DNA from: Octopus sinensis
Taxonomy: Eukaryota
Direction of reading: 5' to 3'
Assembly (NCBI RefSeq): GCF_006345805.1
Contig: NW_021825655.1
Span: 1 to 15,026 of the forward strand
Length of the DNA: 15,026 nucleotides
The notes beneath the pieces were generated by a model. It had not been told where the DNA came from. It worked only from the letters and a program-made list of their open reading frames with translations, and did not search any database. Shown here one piece after another: positions 1 to 9,993 of this stretch; the first letter of the stretch is position 1; every line of letters starts with the position of its first letter. Made by a program: the position numbers and the translations under genes.

Positions 1-540
1 GAGCATCTCAACAGAAATATCGTAACAAAAGGGTTATATATAATATAGAAACAATTCTTAACCTTTCATTACCATACCAACCCGGCTGAAACCGGTTTTG
101 GGCTCTATAGTACAAATGTCTTGTTTCCATAAGTTTTGAATAAAAATCTTCCACCAAACCTTAGTCACAATTTATGTTCCTAACACTAACTTAATGATAA
201 CTAAGTCATTTTATTAAATTCTTTGTTACATTTAAAATTAATTGAAAGAAACACAGAGCATCTCAACAGAAATGCAGTAATGAAAGGGTTAAGATATATA
301 ATAGAGAAACAATTCTTAACCCTTTCATTACCAACACGGCTGAAACCAGCTCTGGCTCTGAGTATAAATGTCTTGTTCTCATAAGTTTTGAATTAAAATC
401 TTCCACCAAACCTTAGTCACGATTTTTATGTTCCTAACACCAGCTTAATGATAACTAAGTTATTTTACTAAATTCTTTGTTATATTTAAAATTAATTGGA
501 AGAAACACAGAGCATCTCAACAGAAATACAGTAGCGAAAT
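1..540. repeat. ~255-bp tandem repeat, about 2.1 units visible (may continue upstream of the window)
   Basis: GAGCATCTCAACAGAAAT recurs at 1, 256 and 510, and the intervening sequence aligns unit to unit (e.g. CTTCCACCAAACCTTAGTCAC, GTTCCTAACAC, TTAATGATAACTAAGT). Confidence 0.95.
62..288. mobile_element. piggyBac-like non-autonomous MITE forming the core of the tandem unit (second copy 320 to ~540, with a degenerate right end)
   Basis: TTAA(58-61)|CCTTTCATTACC...GTAATGAAAGGG|TTAA(289-292); the next copy starts TTAA(316-319)|CCCTTTCATTAC. TTAA flanks and CCC...GGG termini are piggyBac hallmarks. No ORF. Confidence 0.65.
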
Positions 541-581
541 ATTTTTAAGTAATAAAACAGAGATACGGAATATTGAGAAAC

Positions 582-664
<83 letters not shown>

Positions 665-682
665 TAGACAGACAGACAGAGA
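582..682. repeat. compound microsatellite (GAAA)n-(GA)n-(GACA)n
   Basis: Direct reading; explains ORF 545..727. Confidence 0.95.
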
Positions 683-780
683 TTTAACTGAACTAGATTT
701 AACTGCTAGGCAGGCGAAAGTTTTCACATAGAGGCGACGTCGAGGTTAGCTCAAGATTACATTAATAACATTCAGCAGAG

Positions 781-823
781 CATCATCATCATCATCATTA
801 AATGTCCGGTTCCTATGTTGACA
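781..823 (-). mobile_element. (CAT)n tract plus possible decayed 3' end of another SINE
   Basis: (CAT)6 followed by TAAATGTCCGGTTCCTATGTTGACAT. This resembles, from memory only, a common octopus repeat end; unverified. Confidence 0.25.
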
Positions 824-993
824 TTCTCGGTTGTCTCCCCCCCCCCTTTTCGCTATCACACGACTCTGTAAATATATATACAATCTGGTGTGCTTGTTTT
901 AACCGCCTACAAATGTATAAAGCACGTTTCTCTACCTACTAGTGTCAGCGGAATAAACACTCGGCTAATGGTAACAGAATTGAAAGATGCTTA

Positions 994-1439
994 CTCTTAC
1001 TCTTTACTTTTTACTCTTTTACTCTTTACTCTTACTCTTTACTTTTTACTCTTTTACTTGTTTCAGTCATTTGACTGCGCGCCATGCTGAGCACCGCCTT
1101 TTGTCGAGCAAATCGACCCCGGGACTTATCTCTGTAAGCCCAGTACTTATTCTATCTATCTCCTTTTGCCGACCGCTAAGTGACGGCGACGTAAACACAC
1201 CAGCATCGGTTCAAGCAATGCTAAGGGGACAACACAGACACACACACACACACACACACATAAATATATATATACATATATCGACAGGCTTCTTCAGTTT
1301 CCGTCTACCAAAACCCCACAAGTCATTGGTCGGCCCGGGGCTATAGCAGAAGACACTTGCCCAAGATGCCACGCAGTGGACTGAACCCGAACCATGTGGT
1401 TGGTAGCAGGCTACTTACCACACAGCCACTCCTGCGCCT
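994..1439 (-). mobile_element. tRNA-derived SINE, family A, copy 1
   Basis: Minus-strand head AGGCGCAGGAGTGGCTGTGTGGTAAG...GGTTCAGTCCAC (Pol III A/B-box-like), then a CTTGGGCAAGTGTCTT motif resembling the CORE-SINE motif, an internal (TA)n(TG)n tract and an (AGAGTAA)n-like tail. Candidate 7-bp TSD ATGCTTA at 987-993 and 1440-1446. Aligns along its length with 11105-11517. Confidence 0.9.
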
Positions 1440-1450
1440 ATGCTTATGAA

Positions 1451-1682
1451 AATAATGATAATAATTGTTTCAAATTTTGCCACAAGGGCAGTTATTTTTG
1501 GGGGGCAGGGGATGAGTCGATTACATCGATCCCAGTATTTCACTGGTACTTAATGTATCGATCCCGGGAAGATGAAAGGCAAAGTCGACCTCGGCAGAAT
1601 TTGAACTGAGAACGCAGCGGCAGACGAAACACCGCTAAGCATTTCGTCAGGCTTGCTAACGATTCTGCCAGCTTGCCGCCTT
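1451..1682 (-). mobile_element. tRNA-derived SINE, family B, copy 1
   Basis: Minus-strand head AAGGCGGCAAGCTGGCAGAATCGTTAGC, B box GTTCAAATTC, central GTCGACTTTGCCTTTCATC...TCGAT..TAAGTACCAG, short (ATT)-type tail. Aligns with 13139-13356 and 13840-14045. Confidence 0.9.
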
Positions 1683-1713
1683 AATTATAAATATAATAAT
1701 TATAATAACAACC

Positions 1714-1801
<88 letters not shown>

Positions 1802-1860
1802 GAAAAAGAACAAGAACGAGAACAAAAGAGGAAAAAGAAGAAGAGGAGGAGGGAAACAGG
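1683..1860. repeat. compound microsatellite (AAT)n/(AAC)n with a purine-rich end
   Basis: Direct reading; source of the poly-N, poly-I/V and poly-Y/C ORFs. Confidence 0.95.
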
Positions 1861-1879
1861 AATGATATACAGAATTTTA

Positions 1880-2010
1880 TACACACAAACGCACACGCGG
1901 GCGCATACACACATACATACGCACACGCACACCCACACACACTCACGCACACTCACAGACACACACTCACAAACACACACGCACATACACGCACGCACAT
2001 ACACACACAT
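1880..2010. repeat. degenerate (CA)n/(CG) microsatellite
   Basis: Direct reading. Confidence 0.9.
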
Positions 2011-2230
2011 GTATTGAAATTTATATTAGAACTGACGATTATAAAGTAACTAGAAAAAGCTTAAATGAGAGGAATTATAAAAAAAATATTTTACTAATTA
2101 AATCTAATCAACAATGAGATTTAATTCATTCTCAGCAGCTAGTCTATCAACGTTTCTCTCCAAGATTTAAAGTAATTATTAGAAAACCGTGTTTACTACA
2201 GTTTCTGATAAATATTCTATTGGATGTAAT

Positions 2231-2233
<3 letters not shown>

Positions 2234-2325
<92 letters not shown>

Positions 2326-2388
2326 CTGTTATGTGAGCCGTTATCGAAGCAGTAAATTATTCTTTAATCATTCATACACACACACACA

Positions 2389-2419
<31 letters not shown>
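2234..2419. repeat. (TA)n (2234-2322) and (CA)n (2375-2419) microsatellites
   Basis: Direct reading. Confidence 0.95.
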
Positions 2420-2544
2420 AGTGCACACAAGTGCATGCACTCACACATACATAATATTTTACAATATCGGTCAGCAAGTACTTAAAATAATGGTTTTATA
2501 GCCAGTTTACCTTTGATTACTTAATTGCTTAATAGAAATCCTAA

Positions 2545-2571
2545 CACGGATATTGAGTACTTCTCTTTTCA

Positions 2572-2625
<54 letters not shown>

Positions 2626-2662
2626 CGTCTACATACTTTACTCACAGATATTGAGTACTTCT
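2545..2662. repeat. (CA)n tract flanked by a 20-bp direct repeat
   Basis: CACGGATATTGAGTACTTCT (2545-2564) and CACAGATATTGAGTACTTCT (2643-2662), 19/20 identical, around a 78-bp segment that is mostly (CA)n. Confidence 0.85.
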
Positions 2663-2689
2663 GCTCATTGTTTTTACGTATATATATTT

Positions 2690-2930
<241 letters not shown>

Positions 2931-3012
2931 TCCGACTAAGAATGTATTGTATAAGTGAGAAAATATGCACTCAAATATTTGTCAATGGAGTGGGTACGTT
3001 AATCGAGGAGCA

Positions 3013-3180
3013 CAGTATTATATATCAATTATAGTCGATCTTACCGGTTGATTTCGCACTAGGATGTTAAGTAACCCTGAAAAGCACAGGGTTACATAAT
3101 TGAACTGTTATCTAACATCCCGTCGAAAACCTGGTGCGAAACTGATACGTAAGACCGGTCGCAATGGATATATAAGGCTG
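3013..3180. mobile_element. old Tc1/mariner-like MITE
   Basis: 3010-3063 and 3130-3183 align ungapped as an inverted repeat at 37/54 positions, with 13 of 17 mismatches being transitions. Termini CAG...CTG are flanked by CA (3011-3012, possibly a mutated TA) and TA (3181-3182). Confidence 0.6.
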
Positions 3181-3184
3181 TACA

Positions 3185-3186
<2 letters not shown>

Positions 3187-3222
<36 letters not shown>

Positions 3223-3520
3223 TAATACATATATATTTATATATGTGTGTGTGTGTGTGTGGTGTGTGTGTGTGTATGCATGTATATATATATAATTTAT
3301 ATATATGCATATATATGTATGTATGTATATATATATATGTATATATATATGTCTATATATGCATATATACATATATCTGTATGTATATATACATACACAT
3401 AAAATACACATATATATATACATACATACATACATATATATTATATATATATATATATAATATATATTATATATATCTAATATATAATATATATATAATA
3501 TATTATATATTATATATAGT
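3187..3520. repeat. compound (TA)/(TG)/(CA) microsatellite
   Basis: Direct reading. Confidence 0.95.
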
Positions 3521-3983
3521 AACATACATTTGTTCCTACTTATCCTACCTAGCATCTCACCATTCCAGTAATTTGCAACTCAGCATTGGATGTTCGATGT
3601 GCACATGGATGCCTAACTGGAATGAATCATCAAAGGACCCCCTTGATAATCCATTGCGGCTACGCATCCGAATACGCCTGGAATATTCAATGCTTAGTTC
3701 CCAATAACTGCGCTGGTGAACCGTTCGCAGGCACTTATCATCTATACTCGTGTTTATCACGATTTTCCTCAGCATAGAATACCTAATAACACTTCCACGT
3801 ACAGTGATACACTAACCACTATTCTTGATGGTGACTAGATAGTGATAATGTCCTTGGAGCTCTGACTCATACAGTAGTATTTGTCATCTAACTGTACGCA
3901 CCTACGCACACACACGCGCGCACATATACATACACATACACATATGTACATATACATGTATATATATGTATATATATATATAT

Positions 3984-4348
3984 AGGTTGCTTGACCGCAT
4001 ACCGAAAAAATAGAAATAGCAGTCAAGAATGCTTATTTCTATCAAAGTTGGACTCCGGGCATGACAAACCCTGTAATTCACATATGCAAAACAGAAGGAA
4101 TAGATAACGAAAACGAAATGCAATGTATATGAAATATATATCAAAAATATATATGGAATATACATTCAATATGTTTATAATCCAGAAACATGATGTTCAC
4201 AGATAACCGCCAGACTTCGTTTTCGTTATCTATTCCTTCTGTTTTGCATGTGTGAATTACAGGTTTGTCATGCCCGGAGTCCAACTTTGATAGAAATAAG
4301 CATTCTTGACTGCTATTTCTATTTTTTCGGTATGCGGTCAAGCAACCT
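3984..4348. mobile_element. long-TIR MITE/foldback element
   Basis: Arms 3984-4117 (134 bp) and 4216-4348 (133 bp) are reverse complements except for one substitution and one 1-nt indel; 98-nt AT-rich spacer. Left end abuts a (TA)n tract (TA|GGTTGC), right end GCAACC|TG, compatible with a TA TSD with one side mutated. Confidence 0.8.
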
Positions 4349-4494
4349 GTTTGCCTGTCCCTTTTTCTAATATACAATATATATACTGAACTTTACAGAA
4401 GTTCCTGCCGTAATCGGCTATATTTACATACCGAATTCTACCAGTAAATAATTGGGGTTTTTTTTAAAAGCCTTTATATAGAAATATTTACTCT

Positions 4495-4680
<186 letters not shown>

Positions 4681-5437
4681 GAGTACGCACATTCCAACAT
4701 GAAATGTTTAAGTTCCGTCCAGATTTTATAGATAAAAGACTCTTTGTTTTTCGAGCGCAGGGTGGACATCCGTCAGTCGCGCTAAACTGACCAGATATGG
4801 CAATTTTTGGTTCACCTTTTCTAGAACCTCCCCGGTCTCCAGGTGAGCAGTGCCCTTTCCAAATGGAGCTGCTCAGACACCCATGCAGCAACCGAATCCT
4901 ACCGCTGTCTTGGACGACAAGGAGACGACTTTATATCTAGCATGGGCCGCCTACGTGCAGGTCGCTGACTACATGCTTCCAACCCGTCAGGTCTGCATGC
5001 TTCACCACCTTCCCATCGCCGCAGGACTTTCGAATAAAAAATAAATAAATAAATAAATAAATAAAAATGAAGAAAATATATACTAAAAATAAGATAGATA
5101 TATAAAAAAAAAAAAGGTCGGCAATGCCTGTGCAGAGTTTTAGGTCCGATAAGGCTTGCACAACACCTCACAGATCCTCTCCACTCTATTTGACATTATC
5201 CAGAGACAAGCCGGAGCAAGATGTCTGGTGCTAATATGAGTCGCAGGCTCAGGGATGTGGGAGCACCGTGATCTCTAGCACAAACCAAAGATCCCCAAAA
5301 TGTTCAATGCCATTCCCTGCATATCTAGTTTTATATCAGAGTGACCTTCTCCTAGAGGCGTGCTTTAACAAAAGCTGAGGGGCGCGTCACTCCCAGTGGT
5401 CTTTCAGCACGCTGGACACCAACCCGGAATTTCTACG
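4681..5437 (-). mobile_element. 5' fragment of an RTE-like LINE (probable 5' UTR plus start of the AP-endonuclease domain), truncated
   Basis: ORF 4424..4891 reads ...[14 protein letters not shown] (WNVRT at 4696-4682), matching the N-terminal (I/L)xTWNVRTL motif of non-LTR AP endonucleases, then runs into (TA)n. GC-richer sequence continues upstream to ~5437. The 5116-5437 part is assigned by composition and continuity only. Confidence 0.65.
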
Positions 5438-5700
5438 TACATATACACACATATATATATATACATATATACATACATATATACATATATATATACATAT
5501 ATACATGCATATATTTACACATATATATAATATATATATATACACAAACACGCACTCACAAACACACACACATAAATAACATATATATATATACATTTAC
5601 ATATAACATATACTATATATATATACATATACATATGTATATATATATATACATATATATACATATACATATACATACATACTTACACACACACACACAC

Positions 5701-5795
<95 letters not shown>

Positions 5796-5853
5796 ATATG
5801 TATATATATATGTATATATATATGTAATATATATGTATATATATATGTATATA

Positions 5854-5930
<77 letters not shown>

Positions 5931-5938
5931 TATATATA
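5438..5938. repeat. long compound (TA)/(CA) microsatellite
   Basis: Direct reading. Confidence 0.95.
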
Positions 5939-6312
5939 AGGTAGGGTATTTCTACAGAAGCACTGAACAGGAATTATTAAAGTTAGGTTAAAGAATTTTC
6001 TTTGTCTTATTATTTGGATAATATATATATTTTTATTGCGATTATACACAATAATATGTATTCAGACATCCGTGTCTCAAAAAGGGAGGCAACAATGCAT
6101 AGGAATAACTGTCAACCGATTAATTACCCCTTATATTTCGAAAATATCCAATTACCCCCATTTACTACTTCAATAAACTGTTCTGCATTTCGCAATTATA
6201 AAATGAAACACGAGGAGTATATTTGAAATAACCTTGCAGTTCTGAACATTTCCTATTTACGACAGTATAACATTTAGTCGATTGACATTATTTTGCCTTT
6301 TGAAAGCTCTAA

Positions 6313-6715
6313 TCTTTATATATAAAAGAGAGGTTGTGTGCTGTCTGTCTCCTACGGTTTAGATTCCTAACTACTCCCACATTTTGCAGTGCAGTGTAAC
6401 CAAAAGCGGGTATCTTATAGTCGTGATTCATATCGAGCCCTTCTGGGTATTAGCGCGCGTCTACGATGAGTCTACGATTAAAAAAAAAAATTACCATCAT
6501 TTTTTTTTCCCATTTTTAATGCATCTTTTTGCTATTATATAAGGGAAGTAACTCTCTAAAAATGTATTATTAAATCTCAGAACGTAAAAAGCTACAGTAA
6601 CCCCCCCCCCTTTGTGGTTAGCCATATTGAGATGGCTATTATACTTTACATCTCTAAATGTGCTTATATAGTTATTTCCCTTACAAGCCCGAGCAACGCC
6701 GGGCGATACTGCTAG
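6313..6715 (+). mobile_element. non-autonomous Helitron (403 bp)
   Basis: 5' A|TCTTTATATATAAAAG; GC-rich hairpin GCCCGAGCAACGCCGGGC (6687-6704) 7 nt before the 3' CTAG|T; inserted between A and T with no TSD. These are the canonical Helitron termini. Confidence 0.85.
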
Positions 6716-6739
6716 TCTATTATATTTTATTCTTTGCAG

Positions 6740-6840
6740 ATGTTATTAGTGTCCCCAGGATTCAACCTGTTTTATACTTGCACTGAAATTTGCTTTATCA
6801 ACATGACCCCAGCATTGCGGCAGTTAAATGACTGGAAAAA
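6740..6840 (+). other. candidate 101-nt exon (unverified)
   Basis: Strong acceptor TATTTTATTCTTTGCAG| and a weak donor AAA|GTAACA; one open frame, MLLVSPGFNLFYTCTEICFINMTPALRQLNDWK. No recognisable domain. Confidence 0.2.
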
Positions 6841-7037
6841 GTAACAGGAGAAAAAGTCATATATTTTTTTTTTAAGACAAGGAAATCTTCCGCAAGTCAA
6901 TCAAAATTTGTTTGGTTTCTCAAAGGAACAGGATTTGCTGCCTTTAAAAATTCAATAGTCGATTTTCCATCGTGTCATTCTTTAAGTACAAGGTAGTTTT
7001 TGTTGAAATCTACGCTGCAAGCATTATTCGAATAAAA

Positions 7038-7047
7038 CATTATTTTA

Positions 7048-7081
<34 letters not shown>

Positions 7082-7100
7082 TATTATTATTATTATTTTA

Positions 7101-7150
<50 letters not shown>

Positions 7151-7184
7151 TATTATTATTATATTATTATTATTATTATTATTA

Positions 7185-7225
<41 letters not shown>
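7038..7225. repeat. (ATT)n microsatellite
   Basis: Direct reading. Confidence 0.95.
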
Positions 7226-7226
<1 letters not shown>

Positions 7227-7305
7227 AAGATGGCGACGAGCTGAATGAAAATTCTAAACTGCTAGGACTTTGTAAAATTTGTCTGAATTTTTACTTCGTA
7301 AATGC
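7227..7305 (+). mobile_element. possible highly decayed family-B SINE head
   Basis: AAGATGGCGACGAGCTGAATGAAAATTCTAAACTGCTAGG loosely resembles the B head AAGGCGGCGAGCTGGCAGAATCGTTAGC and follows an (ATT)n tract as other B copies do. Confidence 0.25.
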
Positions 7306-7499
7306 ATAACCTCTAGTAATAATCTGAATAACAACCTCCAACCACCCAAAAAACCCACCTCCCCCCACCAACCCCCAACCCCACAAACTACCAGCCATAC
7401 CGCTTCTCCAAGAATGTGAAAAACACAATACAGTGATTATTTCTACTGCAGTGTTATTTGTTGGCATATAAGTGTCAGCATGGTATCACACATGTCAGT

Positions 7500-7635
7500 A
7501 CACACACACACGCACACACACACGAACACACACACACACTCACACACACACGAACACACACACACACACACATACGTACACATAAGTGTGGTACATTCAT
7601 ACATACATTCACACATACATATATGCACACACTCG
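7500..7635. repeat. degenerate (CA)n microsatellite
   Basis: Direct reading. Confidence 0.9.
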
Positions 7636-8189
7636 TTTGTAAATGTAAACATTTTAGCTGTAATGTTAGTTTTACCAGATACTATGCTCTTCTTTTCACT
7701 AAATTCCGACATCGGCAACAATAAACTTTGAGAAGCAATCTATAAAGTTGGCCTTTTTCTTATGCATACACACACACGCTTCATGCGTGTATACATCCAT
7801 ACATGAGCTTGTACAATGAAGCATGCATGTATGTATATATTTACTCATTTATCATAAAGTTATGCATTGAAATTGTTTTGAATTTGGCCCGAACCTGTTC
7901 AGCGCTTAACGGATACAACGAAGCGAGTAGGATTTTAACCCTGGGTATTTAGTAAGACCTGCTGAAGGGCATCAAGGAGTAATCCAGAATTAGTAATCAC
8001 GATCCAGGTATATCTGTTACCTAATTTTACACTTCCAGCTGAGTTAAAATGTTAAAATTTTGCCCTATTTCTGTTGGTCTGTGATGATTTTTTTTCAGTG
8101 AGTTTAGTGGCTTGTTTGAGTGTTTTAACTGTTATTTCTAGCAAGTTGGTACTTAGTATACCCTTTATTGTAATAACACTCATGTGCTT

Positions 8190-8466
8190 ATGTATGTGTG
8201 AGTGTGTATGTTTGTGTGTATGCGTGCGCGATATGTGTAGGTGCATATATATATATGCATGCATATGTATATATATACTCACTCATCTACATATATGCGT
8301 GTATGATCGTATGTATTTACATGTACATATGTATATATAAATATATAGATACTTATACATACATATATATATATATGTATATATGAATATATATATATAC
8401 GCATATATATATAATTATATATATATATCCATATATATTTATGCATATATATATGCGTATACATGT

Positions 8467-8497
<31 letters not shown>

Positions 8498-8670
8498 CAG
8501 TTATACATACATATATACATATATGTGTGAGTGTGCGTGTATATTTGTTTGCGTGTGCGTGTGTATGCATGTGTGTTTGTATGCGTGTGTGTGTATGCAT
8601 GTGTGTGTATGTGTGTATGTGTGTGTACATGTATGTATATGTGTGTGCACGTCTGTGTGTGTGCGTGCGC
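8190..8670. repeat. compound (TG)/(TA)/(CA) microsatellite
   Basis: Direct reading. Confidence 0.9.
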
Positions 8671-9264
8671 CTGAATGTTTAGTTCGAGTTTTACTTCATT
8701 AAAGATAATAAAAAAATAATGAACTAAACATTTCTATTATAAATAGACTTATTATATTTTTTTCTTTCTGAATTGTACATTCATTTATAGTTATGATTAG
8801 ATACTATTTCGAGTTATTTTTTGCTTGTTGAAAAAAAAGAGAGAGAAAAAAAGAGCCAAAACAAAACAATATTTCTTTTACCAATCATCGTCAAATATTG
8901 TTAATTATAGTTATTAAATGAAAAACATTTTGAAATTAAGCTGCCAGTTGCTGTTGTTGTTAAGTTATTTATTAATTTTTTTTTCTTTGCATCGAGCAGA
9001 TCTAAACTAAAACACATTCTCTCCTCGACTACCCATCACATCTAGACATAATATATCTAAGTTTACGTTATCCGTTTTTATCTGCCGACATTTTTCAAAA
9101 AAGTTATATGATTGTAGGATGTCGTTTGATGGTATTCATTTGTTGGAGGCTTTCACATTGGTCCATCAAAGAATATATGTTATTGGCTGCGTACTTTAGC
9201 GTCGTCAGAATTGACTAAGTATTATTAATGATGTTCAGTAATGATGATCTTGCTGTGTATTCAC

Positions 9265-9319
9265 TTATTTATCATCATCAAACTCATTATTATTATTAAT
9301 ATTGTTATTATTATTGTCA

Positions 9320-9380
<61 letters not shown>

Positions 9381-9410
9381 TTTATTATTATTATTTTATT
9401 ATTATTATTA

Positions 9411-9442
<32 letters not shown>

Positions 9443-9452
9443 GTTATTATCA

Positions 9453-9544
<92 letters not shown>

Positions 9545-9557
9545 TATTGTTATTATA
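9265..9557. repeat. (ATT)n/(ATC)n microsatellite
   Basis: Direct reading. Confidence 0.95.
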
Positions 9558-9561
9558 ATTA

Positions 9562-9875
9562 GTGGAGGCGCAATGGCCCAGTGGTTAGGAGCAGCGAACT
9601 CGCGGTCGGAGAATCGCGGTTTCGATTCCCAGACCGGGCGTTGTGTGTGTTTATTGAGCGAAAACACCTAGAAGCTCCACGAGGATCCGGCAGGAGGTGG
9701 TGGCGATTCCTTTTGTACTCTTTCGCCCCAACTTTCTCTCCCTCTCTTTTCCTGTTTCTTGAGTATGGCTTGACTGGCGTCCCGTCCAGCTGGCGGGAAC
9801 ACACGTTCCACAGAATCCGGGATATCGGGCCCATGAGCCTGGCTAGGCTTGAAAAGGGCGCATAAATAAAAAAAA
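9562..9875 (+). mobile_element. tRNA-derived SINE, family C
   Basis: A box TGGCCCAGTGG (9574-9584), B box GGTTTCGATTCCC (9618-9630), a GC-rich body including GACTGGCGTCCCGTCCAG, and an A-rich tail (9864-9875). Embedded between two (ATT)n tracts. Confidence 0.85.
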
Positions 9876-9963
<88 letters not shown>

Positions 9964-9993
9964 GTTGTTGTTGTTGTTGTTATTATTATTATT
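9876..9993. repeat. (ATT)n/(GTT)n microsatellite
   Basis: Direct reading. Confidence 0.95.

Noticed and set aside
1-540. CRISPR-like repeat-spacer array
   Set aside because: The whole 255-bp unit repeats, including the spacer; there are no unique spacers or cas genes, and the DNA is eukaryotic.
3038-3160. Hammerhead or twister ribozyme in the branched hairpin
   Set aside because: GAAA is present but there is no CUGANGA core on either strand (only CTGATAC), and no twister consensus was seen.
5240-5393. HDV-like ribozyme at the 5' end of the RTE-like element
   Set aside because: A P1-like helix with a terminal G-U pair (GGAGTGA/TCACTCT) and a CCT/AGG P3 can be drawn on the minus strand, but the L3 loop (CTAGGAGA), the P1.1 GG and the J4/2 catalytic C motif do not match the consensus.
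7226-7243. CAAGATGGCGAC as a YY1/TISU-type start site
   Set aside because: The ORF is only four codons (MATS*), there is no promoter context, and a decayed SINE head or chance explains it equally well.
9562-9640. tRNA gene at the head of SINE C (likewise the heads of A and B)
   Set aside because: A and B boxes are present, but there is no proper acceptor stem or cloverleaf and no oligo-T terminator; the sequence continues into a SINE body and tail.
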